NCBI GenBank assembly: GCA_030040625.1
Contig: JASHTI010000044.1
Location: 1 to 34,380 of the forward strand
DNA: 34,380 nucleotides
Direction of reading: 5' to 3'
Origin: Thermoplasmata archaeon
GTDB taxonomy: Archaea; Thermoplasmatota; Thermoplasmata; Lutacidiplasmatales; UBA184
Made by a program: the position numbers and the translations under genes. Positions 6,635 through 15,494 of this stretch are shown piece after piece. How positions within the stretch are numbered: position 1 is the stretch's first letter; every line of letters begins with the position of its first letter. The notes beneath the pieces are model-generated. The model saw only the letters and a list, made by a program, of their open reading frames with translations. It was not told the origin of the DNA and did no database searches.

Positions 6635-8584
6635 GTGTCCGAAGGCTCGCGGCACCTGGCGGCGATCATGTTCACGGACATGGTCGGCTATTCGGCGCTG
6701 GCGCAGGCCGACGAGGCGACCGCGCTGAAGGTCCTCGACCGCCACAACCGGCTTCTGCGGCCGCTCTTCGCCCAGCACGGGGGACGCGAGGTGAAGACGG
6801 TCGGCGACGCGTTCCTCGTCGAGTTCCCGAGTGCGCTGGAGGCGGTCCAGGGGGCGGTCGCGATCCAGCGGGCGCTGCACGAGTACAACGAAGGATCGGC
6901 CGAAGCATGGCGGATCCGGCTGCGGATCGGCGTCCACGTCGGCGACGTCGTGCGCGCCGGCGACGACGTCCTCGGCGATGCGGTGAACCTGGCGGCGCGG
7001 ATCGAGACCCTCGCCGAGCCCGAGGGGATCGCCCTCTCGCAGCAGGTCGTCGACCAGGTCCGCAACAAGCTGGACCTGCCGCTGGCCCGCCTCCCGAGCG
7101 TTCCGCTCAAGAACATCACGAACGCGCCGGCGGTCTATCGCGTGGTGCGCACCTGGCGGGGCGAGTCCGGACCGGCCGGGACGGCTCCCGCCCCGGCCGA
7201 CGGCCGCCACCTCGCGGTCCTCCCGCTCGCGAACATCAGCCCGGATCCGGCCGACGCCTACTTCGCCGACGGGCTCACCGAGGAGCTGATCTCGGTGCTC
7301 TCGCACGTCCCGGATCTCGGCGTGATCGCGCGGACGTCGGTCATGCCGTACAAGAGCCAGGCGAAGTCGATCGCTCAGGTCGGCGCCGAGCTGGGCGTCG
7401 ACACGGTCCTCGAAGGGAGCGTCCGGAAGGCCGGTCCCCGGATACGGATCACCCTGCAGCTCATCGACGTCGGCACCCAGCGCCACCTCTGGGCGGAGAG
7501 CTACGACCGGGAGCTCGACGACGTCTTCGCGGTCCAGAGCGACGTCGCCCGGCGCACCGGCGAGGCGCTGCGGCTCCAGCTGGCGCGGCGCGAGGGGAGC
7601 GCCGCGAGCCCGCGGCCCACCCCGAACCCGGCGGCCTACGATCTCTACCTGCGGGGCCTCGTCGCCGGCAACGACCTCACCCCGAGCCACCTCGCGGAGG
7701 CGGCGGCCTGCTTCCAGCAGGCGACCGAGCTCGATCCGACGTTCGCGGAGGCGTACGCGACGTGGGCCGACTTCTACGTCGCGGCGGCGGGCGACTCGGT
7801 CGCCATGCGCGAGGTGATGCCCCGGGCCCGCCAGCTCGCCGCCCGTGCCGTAGCGCTCGACCCCGCCTCCTCGGAGGCGCACGCCGCGCTCGGGAACATC
7901 GCCTTCCAGTCCGACCACAACTGGGAGCGGGCGGAGGAGGAGTTCCGCCGGGCGATCGCGCTCAACCCCAGCAACGTCTCGGCGCACCGCTTCTACGCCC
8001 TGATGCTGATCGCGCTCGAGCGGTTCGACGAGGCTCGGGAGATGACCCTGCGGGCGGCCCGGCTCGACCCCCGCGGTTCCCACCGCATGACGCTCGGGCT
8101 CGTCGAGCTTGGCGCCGGGCACTACGACCGAGCGATCGCGCTCGCCCAGGAGGAGGTCGACGCCGATCCGACGTCACTGAGCCGGCACATCGCCCGTGGG
8201 TTCTTCTGCGCCCGGGCGGGACGGCTGGAGGTCGCCCGCGCCGAGGCGGCGACCCCGGCGGCCGGGGCGAACGATGAGGAGCGGTACGATCTCGCCCTAC
8301 TCCGCGCCGTCGTCGGGCAGCCCGAGGCGGGGCGGGCGATGCTCGCCGAGATCGCGGGGGGCGGGCTGCGGACCTACATCTCCGGCACGCACCGTGCGAT
8401 GCTCCACGGCGCTGTGGGCGAGGGAGCGCGGGCGCTCGACCTCCTGGAGGAGGAGTTCCGGGAGGGCGACGCCGTGCTGTGGCTCTACTACCGGGGGCCC
8501 TGGTTCGACTCGATCCGGGGCGAGCCGCGGTTCCTCGCGCTCCTGCGCAGCTACGGCTTGTCGCCCGGTGCCCCGAGCGCTTAG
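6635..8584 (+). CDS. Class III adenylate cyclase + TolB_N-like domain + TPR repeats
   Basis: IMFTDMVGYS, EVKTVGDAFL, RIGVHVGDV, DVLGDAVNLAARIE (Lys/Asp ATP-specifying residues); 'LAVLPLANIS...YFADGLTEELI...EGSVRK'; TPR helices. TTTAGA box ~30 nt upstream. Confidence 0.92.
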   Translation: MSEGSRHLAAIMFTDMVGYSALAQADEATALKVLDRHNRLLRPLFAQHGGREVKTVGDAFLVEFPSALEAVQGAVAIQRALHEYNEGSAEAWRIRLRIGVHVGDVVRAGDDVLGDAVNLAARIETLAEPEGIALSQQVVDQVRNKLDLPLARLPSVPLKNITNAPAVYRVVRTWRGESGPAGTAPAPADGRHLAVLPLANISPDPADAYFADGLTEELISVLSHVPDLGVIARTSVMPYKSQAKSIAQVGAELGVDTVLEGSVRKAGPRIRITLQLIDVGTQRHLWAESYDRELDDVFAVQSDVARRTGEALRLQLARREGSAASPRPTPNPAAYDLYLRGLVAGNDLTPSHLAEAAACFQQATELDPTFAEAYATWADFYVAAAGDSVAMREVMPRARQLAARAVALDPASSEAHAALGNIAFQSDHNWERAEEEFRRAIALNPSNVSAHRFYALMLIALERFDEAREMTLRAARLDPRGSHRMTLGLVELGAGHYDRAIALAQEEVDADPTSLSRHIARGFFCARAGRLEVARAEAATPAAGANDEERYDLALLRAVVGQPEAGRAMLAEIAGGGLRTYISGTHRAMLHGAVGEGARALDLLEEEFREGDAVLWLYYRGPWFDSIRGEPRFLALLRSYGLSPGAPSA

Positions 8585-8621
8585 GTGGACGCCGGCCGGG
8601 TGCCCCCCGGCCCGCCGCGGC

Positions 8622-9896
8622 TCACGCGAGCGCCGCCGGCGGGGTCGGGGCCTCACGGCGTCCGGCGAGGAATGCCGGCAACAGCATCGCCGCCCCGGCG
8701 AGGGAGAGCGCGGCGGAGACCTCGAAGGCGAGCCCAGCGGTCCGATAGGTCCAGAGCGCTCCGACCAGGAGCGAGCCGCCGAGGATCGCCATCCCCTGGA
8801 TGAGGCCGAGCCAACCGTAGGCGGTCCCGGCGAGCGCCGCCGGCACGCGGCGGCCGACCCACGCCGACTCCGCGACCCCCTGGAGCGACACCTGGACCCC
8901 GGCGACCGAGAACGCCAAGATCCCGCCGAGGAGGCCCGAGTCGCCGATCAGGAACAGGTCGACGAGCGCGAACAGGGCGAACGACAGCGCGACGAACCCG
9001 AGTCCGGGAAGCCGGTCGACCCCGCGGCCGACCGGGTACGACAGGCCCGCGAAGATCAGGTTGTACAGCAGGTAGAGCAGGAGCGCGGCGACGACGGCCC
9101 CGGTCGCGGAGCCGCCCGAGCTCGGCAGAAGGTTCTCGCCGACTCTCAGGAGCGCGAGGAGGATGCTGAAGTATCCGAGCCCGAAGACCGCCTCCGCCAG
9201 CAGGAAGAGGCGGAACGAGGCCGGGAATTCGCGCCAGCCGGGCCGCGGGGCGGTCGGCTCGACGGCCGCGGGGCGCGCCGCCCGGTCCCGGACGAACAGC
9301 AGCAGGATCGCCACCGCCGCGAAGCCGGGGAGGACGCTGACCGCGAAGATCGTCCGGAAGCCGCTGAGGCCGCGGTCCAGCAGGAGCAGGATCGCCGTCA
9401 GCGTCCCCAGCACCGCGCCCAGCGAGTCGAGCGCCTGCTCAAGGCCGAAGGCGATCCCCTGGCTCTCGGCGGGGGTCGCGTTCGAGACGATCGCGCTCTT
9501 GATCGGCTGACGGGAGCCCCGCCCGAGCCAGGCGCCGACCCGGAGGATCAGCACCTCGGGCCAGACGACGGCGATCGCCAGGAGGCCGTGGCTGACCGTC
9601 GTCGTCAGGTAGCCGTAGGCCCCGCGGACCTTGCGCCCGGTCCCGGCCGCCCAGCGCGAGCCGGCGACCGTCTGGATGCCGCTCTGCGCGAACTGCGCCG
9701 CCCCGTCGACGAGCCCGACGATGAACGGGGAGGCGCCGAGCGAGAAGGCGAGAAAGAACGGTACGACCGGAAGGATCATCTCGTAGGACCAGTCCGCGAA
9801 CAGGCTGACGATGGAGATCGACCAGACGTCCGGGGGGATCCGCGGTCGACGGCCCGGTGTCCCGGGACCTCCCCTGCCCGGCGTCGGCGCGCCCAT
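8622..9896 (-). CDS. MFS transporter
   Basis: ~12 TM; 'SLFADWSYEMILPVVP', 'RVGAWLGRGSRQP', 'AFGLEQALDSLGAVLG', 'SYPVGRGVDR'. Start likely ATG 9896. Confidence 0.9.
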   Translation of the reverse strand: MGAPTPGRGGPGTPGRRPRIPPDVWSISIVSLFADWSYEMILPVVPFFLAFSLGASPFIVGLVDGAAQFAQSGIQTVAGSRWAAGTGRKVRGAYGYLTTTVSHGLLAIAVVWPEVLILRVGAWLGRGSRQPIKSAIVSNATPAESQGIAFGLEQALDSLGAVLGTLTAILLLLDRGLSGFRTIFAVSVLPGFAAVAILLLFVRDRAARPAAVEPTAPRPGWREFPASFRLFLLAEAVFGLGYFSILLALLRVGENLLPSSGGSATGAVVAALLLYLLYNLIFAGLSYPVGRGVDRLPGLGFVALSFALFALVDLFLIGDSGLLGGILAFSVAGVQVSLQGVAESAWVGRRVPAALAGTAYGWLGLIQGMAILGGSLLVGALWTYRTAGLAFEVSAALSLAGAAMLLPAFLAGRREAPTPPAALA

Positions 9897-9950
9897 CGGC
9901 GGGGCTACGGGCCGTCGCTTATCCCTCCGCGGCACCGGCCCGCGGGGCCG

Positions 9951-10026
9951 TGGGCCCGGACGGATTTGAACCGTCGGTCAACCGGTTATGAGCCGGACGC
10001 TCTGAGCCGGGCTAAGCTACGGGCCC
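9951..10026 (-). tRNA. tRNA-Ile2 (CAT anticodon, agmatidine-type), no encoded CCA
   Basis: GGGCCCG TA GCTT AGCCCGGCTCA GAGC G TCCGG CT CAT AA CCGGT TGACC GACGG TTCAAAT CCGTC CGGGCCC A. GGGCCC acceptor is Ile-like rather than initiator or elongator Met. Confidence 0.88.
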
Positions 10027-10045
10027 TTCGCCGGTGACGGAGAGG

Positions 10046-10149
10046 CGCCGCCGAGCGGAATTTGGGGCGCGCGGCGTGCGGCCGCGGGCCTTTCGAACCG
10101 CTGACCTTTCGGTTAACAGCCGATCGCTCTGCCGCTGAGCTACGGCGGC
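10046..10149 (-). tRNA. tRNA-Asn (GTT) interrupted by a 32-nt T-loop intron
   Basis: GCCGCCG TA GCTC AGCGGCA GAGC G ATCGG CT GTT AA CCGAA AGGTC AGCGG TTCGAA [32 nt] T CCGCT CGGCGGC G; G73 discriminator. Confidence 0.92.
10060..10091 (-). other. Non-canonical tRNA intron at position 59/60 with bulge-helix-bulge motif
   Basis: Intron AGGCCCGCGGCCGCACGCCGCGCGCCCCAAAT; H = TTCG/CCAA (one mismatch), bulges AA^A and AT^T, h' = GGC/GCC. Removal restores the T-loop TTCGAAT. Confidence 0.8.
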
Positions 10150-10174
10150 ACCGGAGCGTCCGAGCCGGCATCGG

Positions 10175-10190
10175 TCTAATAGCCTTTCCG
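10175..10190 (-). promoter_or_regulatory. Probable BRE/TATA promoter of the tRNA-Asn/tRNA-Ile2 pair, embedded in the last codons of the upstream gene
   Basis: Minus strand CGGAAAGGCTATTAGA ~27 nt before tRNA-Asn G1; same GAAAGGC + AT-box layout as the 23S promoter. Confidence 0.55.
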
Positions 10191-10568
10191 GCTCGCGGGA
10201 GGCCGGTGCTCGTGCTCGGCGGCCCGCGCCTTGAGGTGCTGGATCTGTTCGGTCATCCGCTCGAGGGAGCGGTTGAGGGCGGCCCAGAACTCGCGCGCCC
10301 GATCGGTGACGACGGCGCCGTCGGCGCTCGGCTGGATCACGCCGTCCCGCTCGAGGAGGTGCAGCGAGTAGCGGGTCTTGTGGATCGGCAGCCGGAGCGC
10401 CTCGCTCAAGCGGATGATGCCGAGCGGGGGGCTCTTGGAGAGCCGCTCGAGGATGTCGACGTTCCGCACGAGCAGCCCCAGCTCCTCCTCGATCCGGTCG
10501 GCGAGGTCGGTCGGGCCGCTGCTGCCGGGCTCCGGCTCCACCTCCGGCGGCTCCTCGCGGTCGGCCAC
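10176..10568 (-). CDS. Archaeal winged-helix protein (COG3388-like predicted regulator)
   Basis: 'PLGIIRLSEALRLPIHKTRYSLHLLERDGVIQPSADGA' matches the conserved euryarchaeal family pattern. Confidence 0.8.
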   Translation of the reverse strand: MADREEPPEVEPEPGSSGPTDLADRIEEELGLLVRNVDILERLSKSPPLGIIRLSEALRLPIHKTRYSLHLLERDGVIQPSADGAVVTDRAREFWAALNRSLERMTEQIQHLKARAAEHEHRPPASRKGY

Positions 10569-10639
10569 AGTGCTCGCCGCCGAACGCGTCTGCGGTTACT
10601 TGAGGGTTGTCCGCGCCGGCCGGCCCGGCGCTCCGTCGG

Positions 10640-11860
10640 ATGAGCGGCGGGACCTCCGTTCCCGGGGACGGCGGCGCGCCCCGCCTGGTCCTCCTCACCG
10701 GCCTCGACCTCCGGGCCTACCGCGGCGGCGAGAAGTACGCCGCGACGCTCGCGCGCGAGCTCCAGGCCCGCGGCGTCCGGGTCCTGCTCTACAGCAAGGT
10801 CGATCCGAACGAGCCGCCGAGGCTCGCGATCGGAGAGCTCGCGACGACGGTCGGGGTCCCGTACCGCTTCTACCGACTCTTCTGGCTCCCCCGGCTGCCG
10901 CCGCTCCCGCTCGCCCCCCTCGCGTTCGTACGAACCCTCCGGGCGAGCGACACGATCTTCACGCTCGAGTCGACGCCGCGGTTCACCGCGCTCGTCGTGC
11001 TCCTCGGGCGCCTCCTCGGACGACGGGTCGTCGTCGGGCTCCACGACCCGACCCAGGTCGATCGGCTCGCCGCCGAGGTCCGGGGACCCCCACCCGCCCG
11101 CTGGCGGGCCCGCCTCTTCGTCCGCTTCCTTCGGGGAGCGGACGCCGTCCACACGATCAATGCCGCCCAGGCGGCGACGCTCCGGGCCGCGGGCGCCCGG
11201 TCGAACGTCGCGATGGTCAACTCGTTCACGACGGCGGAGCCTCGCCCGCGCCGCCCCGGCCGTCCGTCGACGTTCGAGGCGTTGTTCGTCGGCCCGCTCG
11301 AGCGGGAACAGAAGGGGATCGACCTCCTGGTCGAGGTCGCCCGGCGGGTGCTCGCCGCAAGGCCCGAGGTCCGGCTCACGATCGTCGGGGCCGGCCGGGA
11401 CCGGGGGCTCGTGGAGGCGCTGGCGCACGACGAGCCGGACCGGGTGCGGCTGCTCGGTTTCGTCGCCGAACGCGAGCTCGCCGACGTTTACGCGTCGGCC
11501 GACGCGCTGTGGTTGACCTCGCGGGCCGAGTCGTTCTCGCTGGTCGCCCTCGAGGCGTTCACCCAGGGCGTCCCGGTCGTCGGCTTCGCGCTGCCCGGCC
11601 TCCACGACGTGACGGAGATCTACCCCGAAGGGCGGGTCGCGCCGTTCGACACCGAGGGCTTCGCCCGCTCCGCGGAGACGCTGGTGGATCGGTGGAGGGA
11701 GACCCCGGCGGAGTATGCGACCCTGCGGGAGCGCCTGCGCCGGGAGGCCGTCGCCCGCCTCGGAGCCCGCGTCCAGGTCCCGAAGCTCGCCGCGATGCTC
11801 GGGCTCCGGATCGAAGAGCTCGCCGTCCCGCCGGAGGCACCGCGGCCGGGAGTCGGCTAG
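10640..11860 (+). CDS. Glycosyltransferase family 4 (GT-B)
   Basis: RGGEKY, LFVGPLEREQKGID, IVGAG, 'SRAESFSLVALEA' (E-x7-E motif). Start likely ATG 10640. Confidence 0.9.
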   Translation: MSGGTSVPGDGGAPRLVLLTGLDLRAYRGGEKYAATLARELQARGVRVLLYSKVDPNEPPRLAIGELATTVGVPYRFYRLFWLPRLPPLPLAPLAFVRTLRASDTIFTLESTPRFTALVVLLGRLLGRRVVVGLHDPTQVDRLAAEVRGPPPARWRARLFVRFLRGADAVHTINAAQAATLRAAGARSNVAMVNSFTTAEPRPRRPGRPSTFEALFVGPLEREQKGIDLLVEVARRVLAARPEVRLTIVGAGRDRGLVEALAHDEPDRVRLLGFVAERELADVYASADALWLTSRAESFSLVALEAFTQGVPVVGFALPGLHDVTEIYPEGRVAPFDTEGFARSAETLVDRWRETPAEYATLRERLRREAVARLGARVQVPKLAAMLGLRIEELAVPPEAPRPGVG

Positions 11861-12276
11861 CGCCGCTTCCGACGGGGGCGGGCCGGCCCGAACGCCTCGA
11901 GCCAGTTGCCGTCCGGGTCCTTGACGTAGACGATCCGCTGCCGCCCCTCGACGAACTCGAGGGCCGGGCGGGCGCCGGCGCGGAGCGCGCGGCGCTTCCA
12001 GGCGAGCGGGTCCTTCGCGTAGAATCCGAGGTGGTCGAACTCGGTCCCGTGCCGGATCGGCTCGAAGTAGCGGCTCTTCGGCGGGTAGTAGTTCAGCTCG
12101 AGCCGATGGTACGAGCCTGGGAAGCGGAGCTGGATCCAGACCCCGCCGTGCTCCATCGTGCCCCGGCTCCGCACGCGAAAGCCGAACCGCTCGTAGAACC
12201 GGAGCGCCCGGGCCACGTTCCGCACTCGGAGACCGGAGTACAGGAACCGCACGTCCCGCGTCATTGGAGCGGCCAT
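11857..12276 (-). CDS. VOC/glyoxalase family protein
   Basis: GLRVRNVARALRFYE, RLELNYY, FDHLGF, YVKDPDGNWLE. Start may be 12264. Confidence 0.88.
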   Translation of the reverse strand: MAAPMTRDVRFLYSGLRVRNVARALRFYERFGFRVRSRGTMEHGGVWIQLRFPGSYHRLELNYYPPKSRYFEPIRHGTEFDHLGFYAKDPLAWKRRALRAGARPALEFVEGRQRIVYVKDPDGNWLEAFGPARPRRKRR

Positions 12277-12322
12277 CGCCCCCGGGGGAATAACCCTGCG
12301 TGGGCGCGTGGGCGCCCGCCGC

Positions 12323-14467
12323 TCAGGCGTCCGGGCTCGCGGCCGGGGCGAGGACGATCCGTGCGTCGACCGCGATCGCGCCCTGCCCCTCGGGGCGGAC
12401 GATCAGCGGGTTGAGGTCGAGTTCGGCGATCTCCGGCCGCTCGACGGCGAGCTGGGAGATCCGCTCGATCGCCTCGGCGAGCGCGGGCAGGTCGCTCGGC
12501 GGCTCGCCACGGACCCCCCGCAGGATCGGATAGCCCCGGACCGACTGGATCATGTGCTCGGCCGACAGCGGGCGCATCGGCGCCAGGCGGAAGGCGACGT
12601 CGCGCAGCGTCTCCACGTAGATGCCCCCCATGCCGAACACGACGATCGGTCCGAAGACCGGATCGCGCTGGAGCCCGACGAGCACCTCCTTGCCCCCCCG
12701 GACCTCGGACTCCACCTCGTAGCCGTCGATGCGCGCGTTCGGCGCCGCGGCTCGGACGGCGCGCTCCATGCGCCCCCAGGCGTCCCGCAGCGACGCCGCG
12801 TCGGCGAGCCCGACCGCGACCCCCCCGACGTCCGTCTTGTGCGAGATCGCCGCGGAGGCGACCTTCAGAACGACCGGGTAGCCGAGGCGTCCGGCAGCGT
12901 CCACGGCCTCCGCTTCGGAGTGGACGAGGGTCGACGGAGGGAACCGGATGCCGTACGCCGTCAGAACGCCGCGGGCGGCGAACTCGGGGAGAACGGTCTG
13001 CCCGGCCCGCCGCGCCCGCGCGATCTCCTCCGTCGCCCGGGCGCTGTCGACCTCGAACGAGCGGACCGGGCGGTGCGGCCGGGTGCGCCAGTCGTGGTAG
13101 CGGGCGAGGCCGGCGAGCCCCTCGACCGCCTCCTCCGGGAACGTATACGTCGGAACTCCGGCGCGCTCGAGGAGGGCGACCTCGCTCGAGAGGTCGGTCA
13201 GCCCGAAGAGGCAGGCGACGACCGGCTTCGCGGCGGTGGCCCGCGCCTCGAGAAGCGCTTGTGCCACGGTCTCGCCGGTCATGGTGCCGGTCGGCGTCGC
13301 GATCACCAGCGCTCCGTCGATCCCGTCGGCCCCCAGCAGGCTCCGCAGCGCGAGCCGGTACTCCTCCGCGCCGGCGTCCGCGGTCATGTCCAGCGGGTTC
13401 GCCACCGCCGCGATCGACGGGAGCCGGCTCGCGAGACCGCGGCGGATCGTCTCGGGGAGCGGGGGGAGCTCCAGGCCCTGCCGTATGGCGGCGTCCGCGG
13501 CGACGATCCCCGGGCCGCCGGAGTTCGTGAGGATCACGAGCCGGGGACCGCCCAGCTCGAGCCCGGTGGAGAAGATCTTGGCGAGGCGGAACAGCCCGCC
13601 GAGCGAGTCGACCCGCTGCACCCCCGACTGGGCGAAGACGGAGTCGTACAGCTGGTCGCGACCGGACTGGGCGAGCGAGCCCGTGTGGCTCTTGGCGGCC
13701 CGCTCCCCGACCGAGGTGCGACCGCTCTTGATCACGAGCACGGGCTTGCGTTCCGTGACCTCCCGGGCCGCCTCGAGGAAGCGCCGCCCGTCCGCGAGGC
13801 TCTCGACGTACAGCAGGATGACGCGGGTCCGCTCGTCGCGGCCCAGCGCGGCGAGCAGGTCGTTCTCGTCGACGCCGGCTCGGTTCCCGACCGAGACGAA
13901 CCGGGAGAAACCGATCCGCTCCGCCGCGCCGTACTTGAGGATCCCCGCGCCGAGGGCGCCGCTCTGCGAGACGAAGGCGATGTTGCCCGCCGGGGGGAGC
14001 GACTCGCTGAACGTCGCGTTCAGGCTGACGGCCGGGTCGGTGTTGAAGACGCCGAAGCAGTTCGGGCCGACCAGCGACATCCCGTGGTCGCGGGCCCGCC
14101 GGACGACCTCCGCCTCGAGCACCGCCCCGGCGTCGCCGACCTCGCGGAACCCGGCGGAAATGACGATCGCGCCGCGTGCGCCGACCCGCCCCAGCTCGTC
14201 GATCGTCTCGGCGACCCGCGGGGCCGGCACGATCACGACCCCGAGCTCGGGCGGCTCCGGCAGGGAGCGAAGGTCCGGGTAGCACCGGACCCCGCCGACG
14301 CTCTTCCAGGACGGGTTCACCGGATAGGCGACGCCCTGGAAGCCCGCGGCGAGCAGGTTGCGGAAAAGACTGGTGCCGACCTTACCGGGCCGGTTCGACG
14401 CGCCGATCACGGCGACCGACGCCGGCCGGAACAGCTCGTCCAGCTCCTCGGACCGCCCGACGCTCAT
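12323..14467 (-). CDS. acdAB: ADP-forming acetate/acyl-CoA ligase, fused alpha-beta
   Basis: SVAVIGAS, YPVNP, GPNCFG, SQSGALG, SHTGSLA (alpha His), TNSGGPG, NPLD, GYPVVLK, SHKTDVGGV (beta His), ELDLNP, AVDAR; no GNAT domain. Confidence 0.93.
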   Translation of the reverse strand: MSVGRSEELDELFRPASVAVIGASNRPGKVGTSLFRNLLAAGFQGVAYPVNPSWKSVGGVRCYPDLRSLPEPPELGVVIVPAPRVAETIDELGRVGARGAIVISAGFREVGDAGAVLEAEVVRRARDHGMSLVGPNCFGVFNTDPAVSLNATFSESLPPAGNIAFVSQSGALGAGILKYGAAERIGFSRFVSVGNRAGVDENDLLAALGRDERTRVILLYVESLADGRRFLEAAREVTERKPVLVIKSGRTSVGERAAKSHTGSLAQSGRDQLYDSVFAQSGVQRVDSLGGLFRLAKIFSTGLELGGPRLVILTNSGGPGIVAADAAIRQGLELPPLPETIRRGLASRLPSIAAVANPLDMTADAGAEEYRLALRSLLGADGIDGALVIATPTGTMTGETVAQALLEARATAAKPVVACLFGLTDLSSEVALLERAGVPTYTFPEEAVEGLAGLARYHDWRTRPHRPVRSFEVDSARATEEIARARRAGQTVLPEFAARGVLTAYGIRFPPSTLVHSEAEAVDAAGRLGYPVVLKVASAAISHKTDVGGVAVGLADAASLRDAWGRMERAVRAAAPNARIDGYEVESEVRGGKEVLVGLQRDPVFGPIVVFGMGGIYVETLRDVAFRLAPMRPLSAEHMIQSVRGYPILRGVRGEPPSDLPALAEAIERISQLAVERPEIAELDLNPLIVRPEGQGAIAVDARIVLAPAASPDA

Positions 14468-14533
14468 CCACCGACTCCGACCGCGCTGGGACGCTTAGCG
14501 CCACGCCCGAGGAGTGCCCCGCCCGTCAAGGGT

Positions 14534-14569
14534 GGCGGTCGAGCCCCGGAGGGCCCGGGCCCGACCGCC
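14534..14569. other. GC-rich intergenic hairpin between the DUF981-like gene and acd
   Basis: GGCGGTCG-a-GCCC ... GGGC-c-CGACCGCC (8+4 bp arms); function unknown. Confidence 0.35.
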
Positions 14570-14580
14570 GGGGGGCGTTC

Positions 14581-15237
14581 CTACGGCGGACTGGCGAGGT
14601 GACCCCAGGCCGCCGCGATGCCGTAGCCGACGGCCGCGGCGCCCGCGAGGACGATCAGCAGCAGGAAGCCCGAGAGCAGGATGCGCCAGAGCCACGGCCA
14701 CTGCGGCGTCGGCGTCGAGGGGAGGGGGTCGGCGCCCGGCGTCGTCGGACCCACGACGAACCAGTCGATGTACAGGGTCGCCGGATAGGCGCCGATGGCG
14801 GCGGCGCCGAAGCCAAGGTACAGGTACAGGGTGTCTCGGGGGTCCAGGGTCAGGCCGAGGTTGTAAGCGCGGACCCCGTAGAAGAGCACGCCCAGCCCCG
14901 CGATCACCGAGAGCATCCCGACAAAGTGCGTCGGGAAGCGGTACCAGACTGCGAGCGCGAAGGCGATCAGGATGATGCTCAGCATGAGCGTCGCGTCGAA
15001 GAAGAACAGATTGAACTGACCCGGGAGCGGCCAATCGGTCTCGCCCCATACCGAGATGACGCCCAGGAAGAAGCCGAGCAGTCCGAGGAGCAGCGCCCCC
15101 TCGCGAAGGTGGCTGTTCGCGCGCACCAGGTCCTTTCGGCGTACCTCGAACCAGACCAGCACGGCGGTGTAGAACACCGTGGCGGTCACGAGGATCAGCA
15201 GGTCCAGCACCAGGGTCAGGTCGTCCAAGAACGTCAT
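14581..15237 (-). CDS. DUF981-like integral membrane protein
   Basis: MTFLDDLT..., 'WPLPGQFNLFFFD', 'YNLGLT..P....LY', C-terminal 'WGHL'; ~6 TM. Start at ATG 15237. Confidence 0.75.
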   Translation of the reverse strand: MTFLDDLTLVLDLLILVTATVFYTAVLVWFEVRRKDLVRANSHLREGALLLGLLGFFLGVISVWGETDWPLPGQFNLFFFDATLMLSIILIAFALAVWYRFPTHFVGMLSVIAGLGVLFYGVRAYNLGLTLDPRDTLYLYLGFGAAAIGAYPATLYIDWFVVGPTTPGADPLPSTPTPQWPWLWRILLSGFLLLIVLAGAAAVGYGIAAAWGHLASPP

Positions 15238-15320
15238 CGTTCTACCTTCCGTACGACGTGGGTCAGAGGCTCGCCTCGCCCGACATCGGACGGGGGAGGC
15301 GGGAGTGGGGTTATCGAGGT

Positions 15321-15342
15321 TGCGTTGATTCCAATTCACGCA
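15321..15342. promoter_or_regulatory. Imperfect 22-bp palindrome, candidate operator between divergent DUF981-like and arcC genes
   Basis: TGCGTtgATTccAATtcACGCA, 16 of 22 positions symmetric, in an AT-rich island. Confidence 0.4.
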
Positions 15343-15494
15343 CGGCGGACCGCCCCGGGCCGCGCGTTCGTCCCTCGGCCCCGACGCTTCATCTGCGCGC
15401 CCGCGCCTAGGGCGACCACGGGAGTTGGACACGGCGCCGGGCGGGGGATGATCCCCGGGCGACGCCGTCACCGCGGGTCCGGAAAAGGCGTCGA

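Noticed and set aside
9951-10026. tRNA-Met call for the CAT anticodon
   Set aside because: GGGCCC acceptor stem fits archaeal Ile2; it lacks the initiator A1-U72 pair and the three consecutive anticodon-stem G-C pairs.
10060-10091. Insert as a mobile-element scar or att site
   Set aside because: No duplicated tRNA 3' end or integrase nearby, and the BHB geometry restores the T-loop exactly.
12323-14467. Pat-type acetyltransferase (inactive ACD-GNAT fusion)
   Set aside because: No GNAT domain, and both phospho-His motifs are intact.
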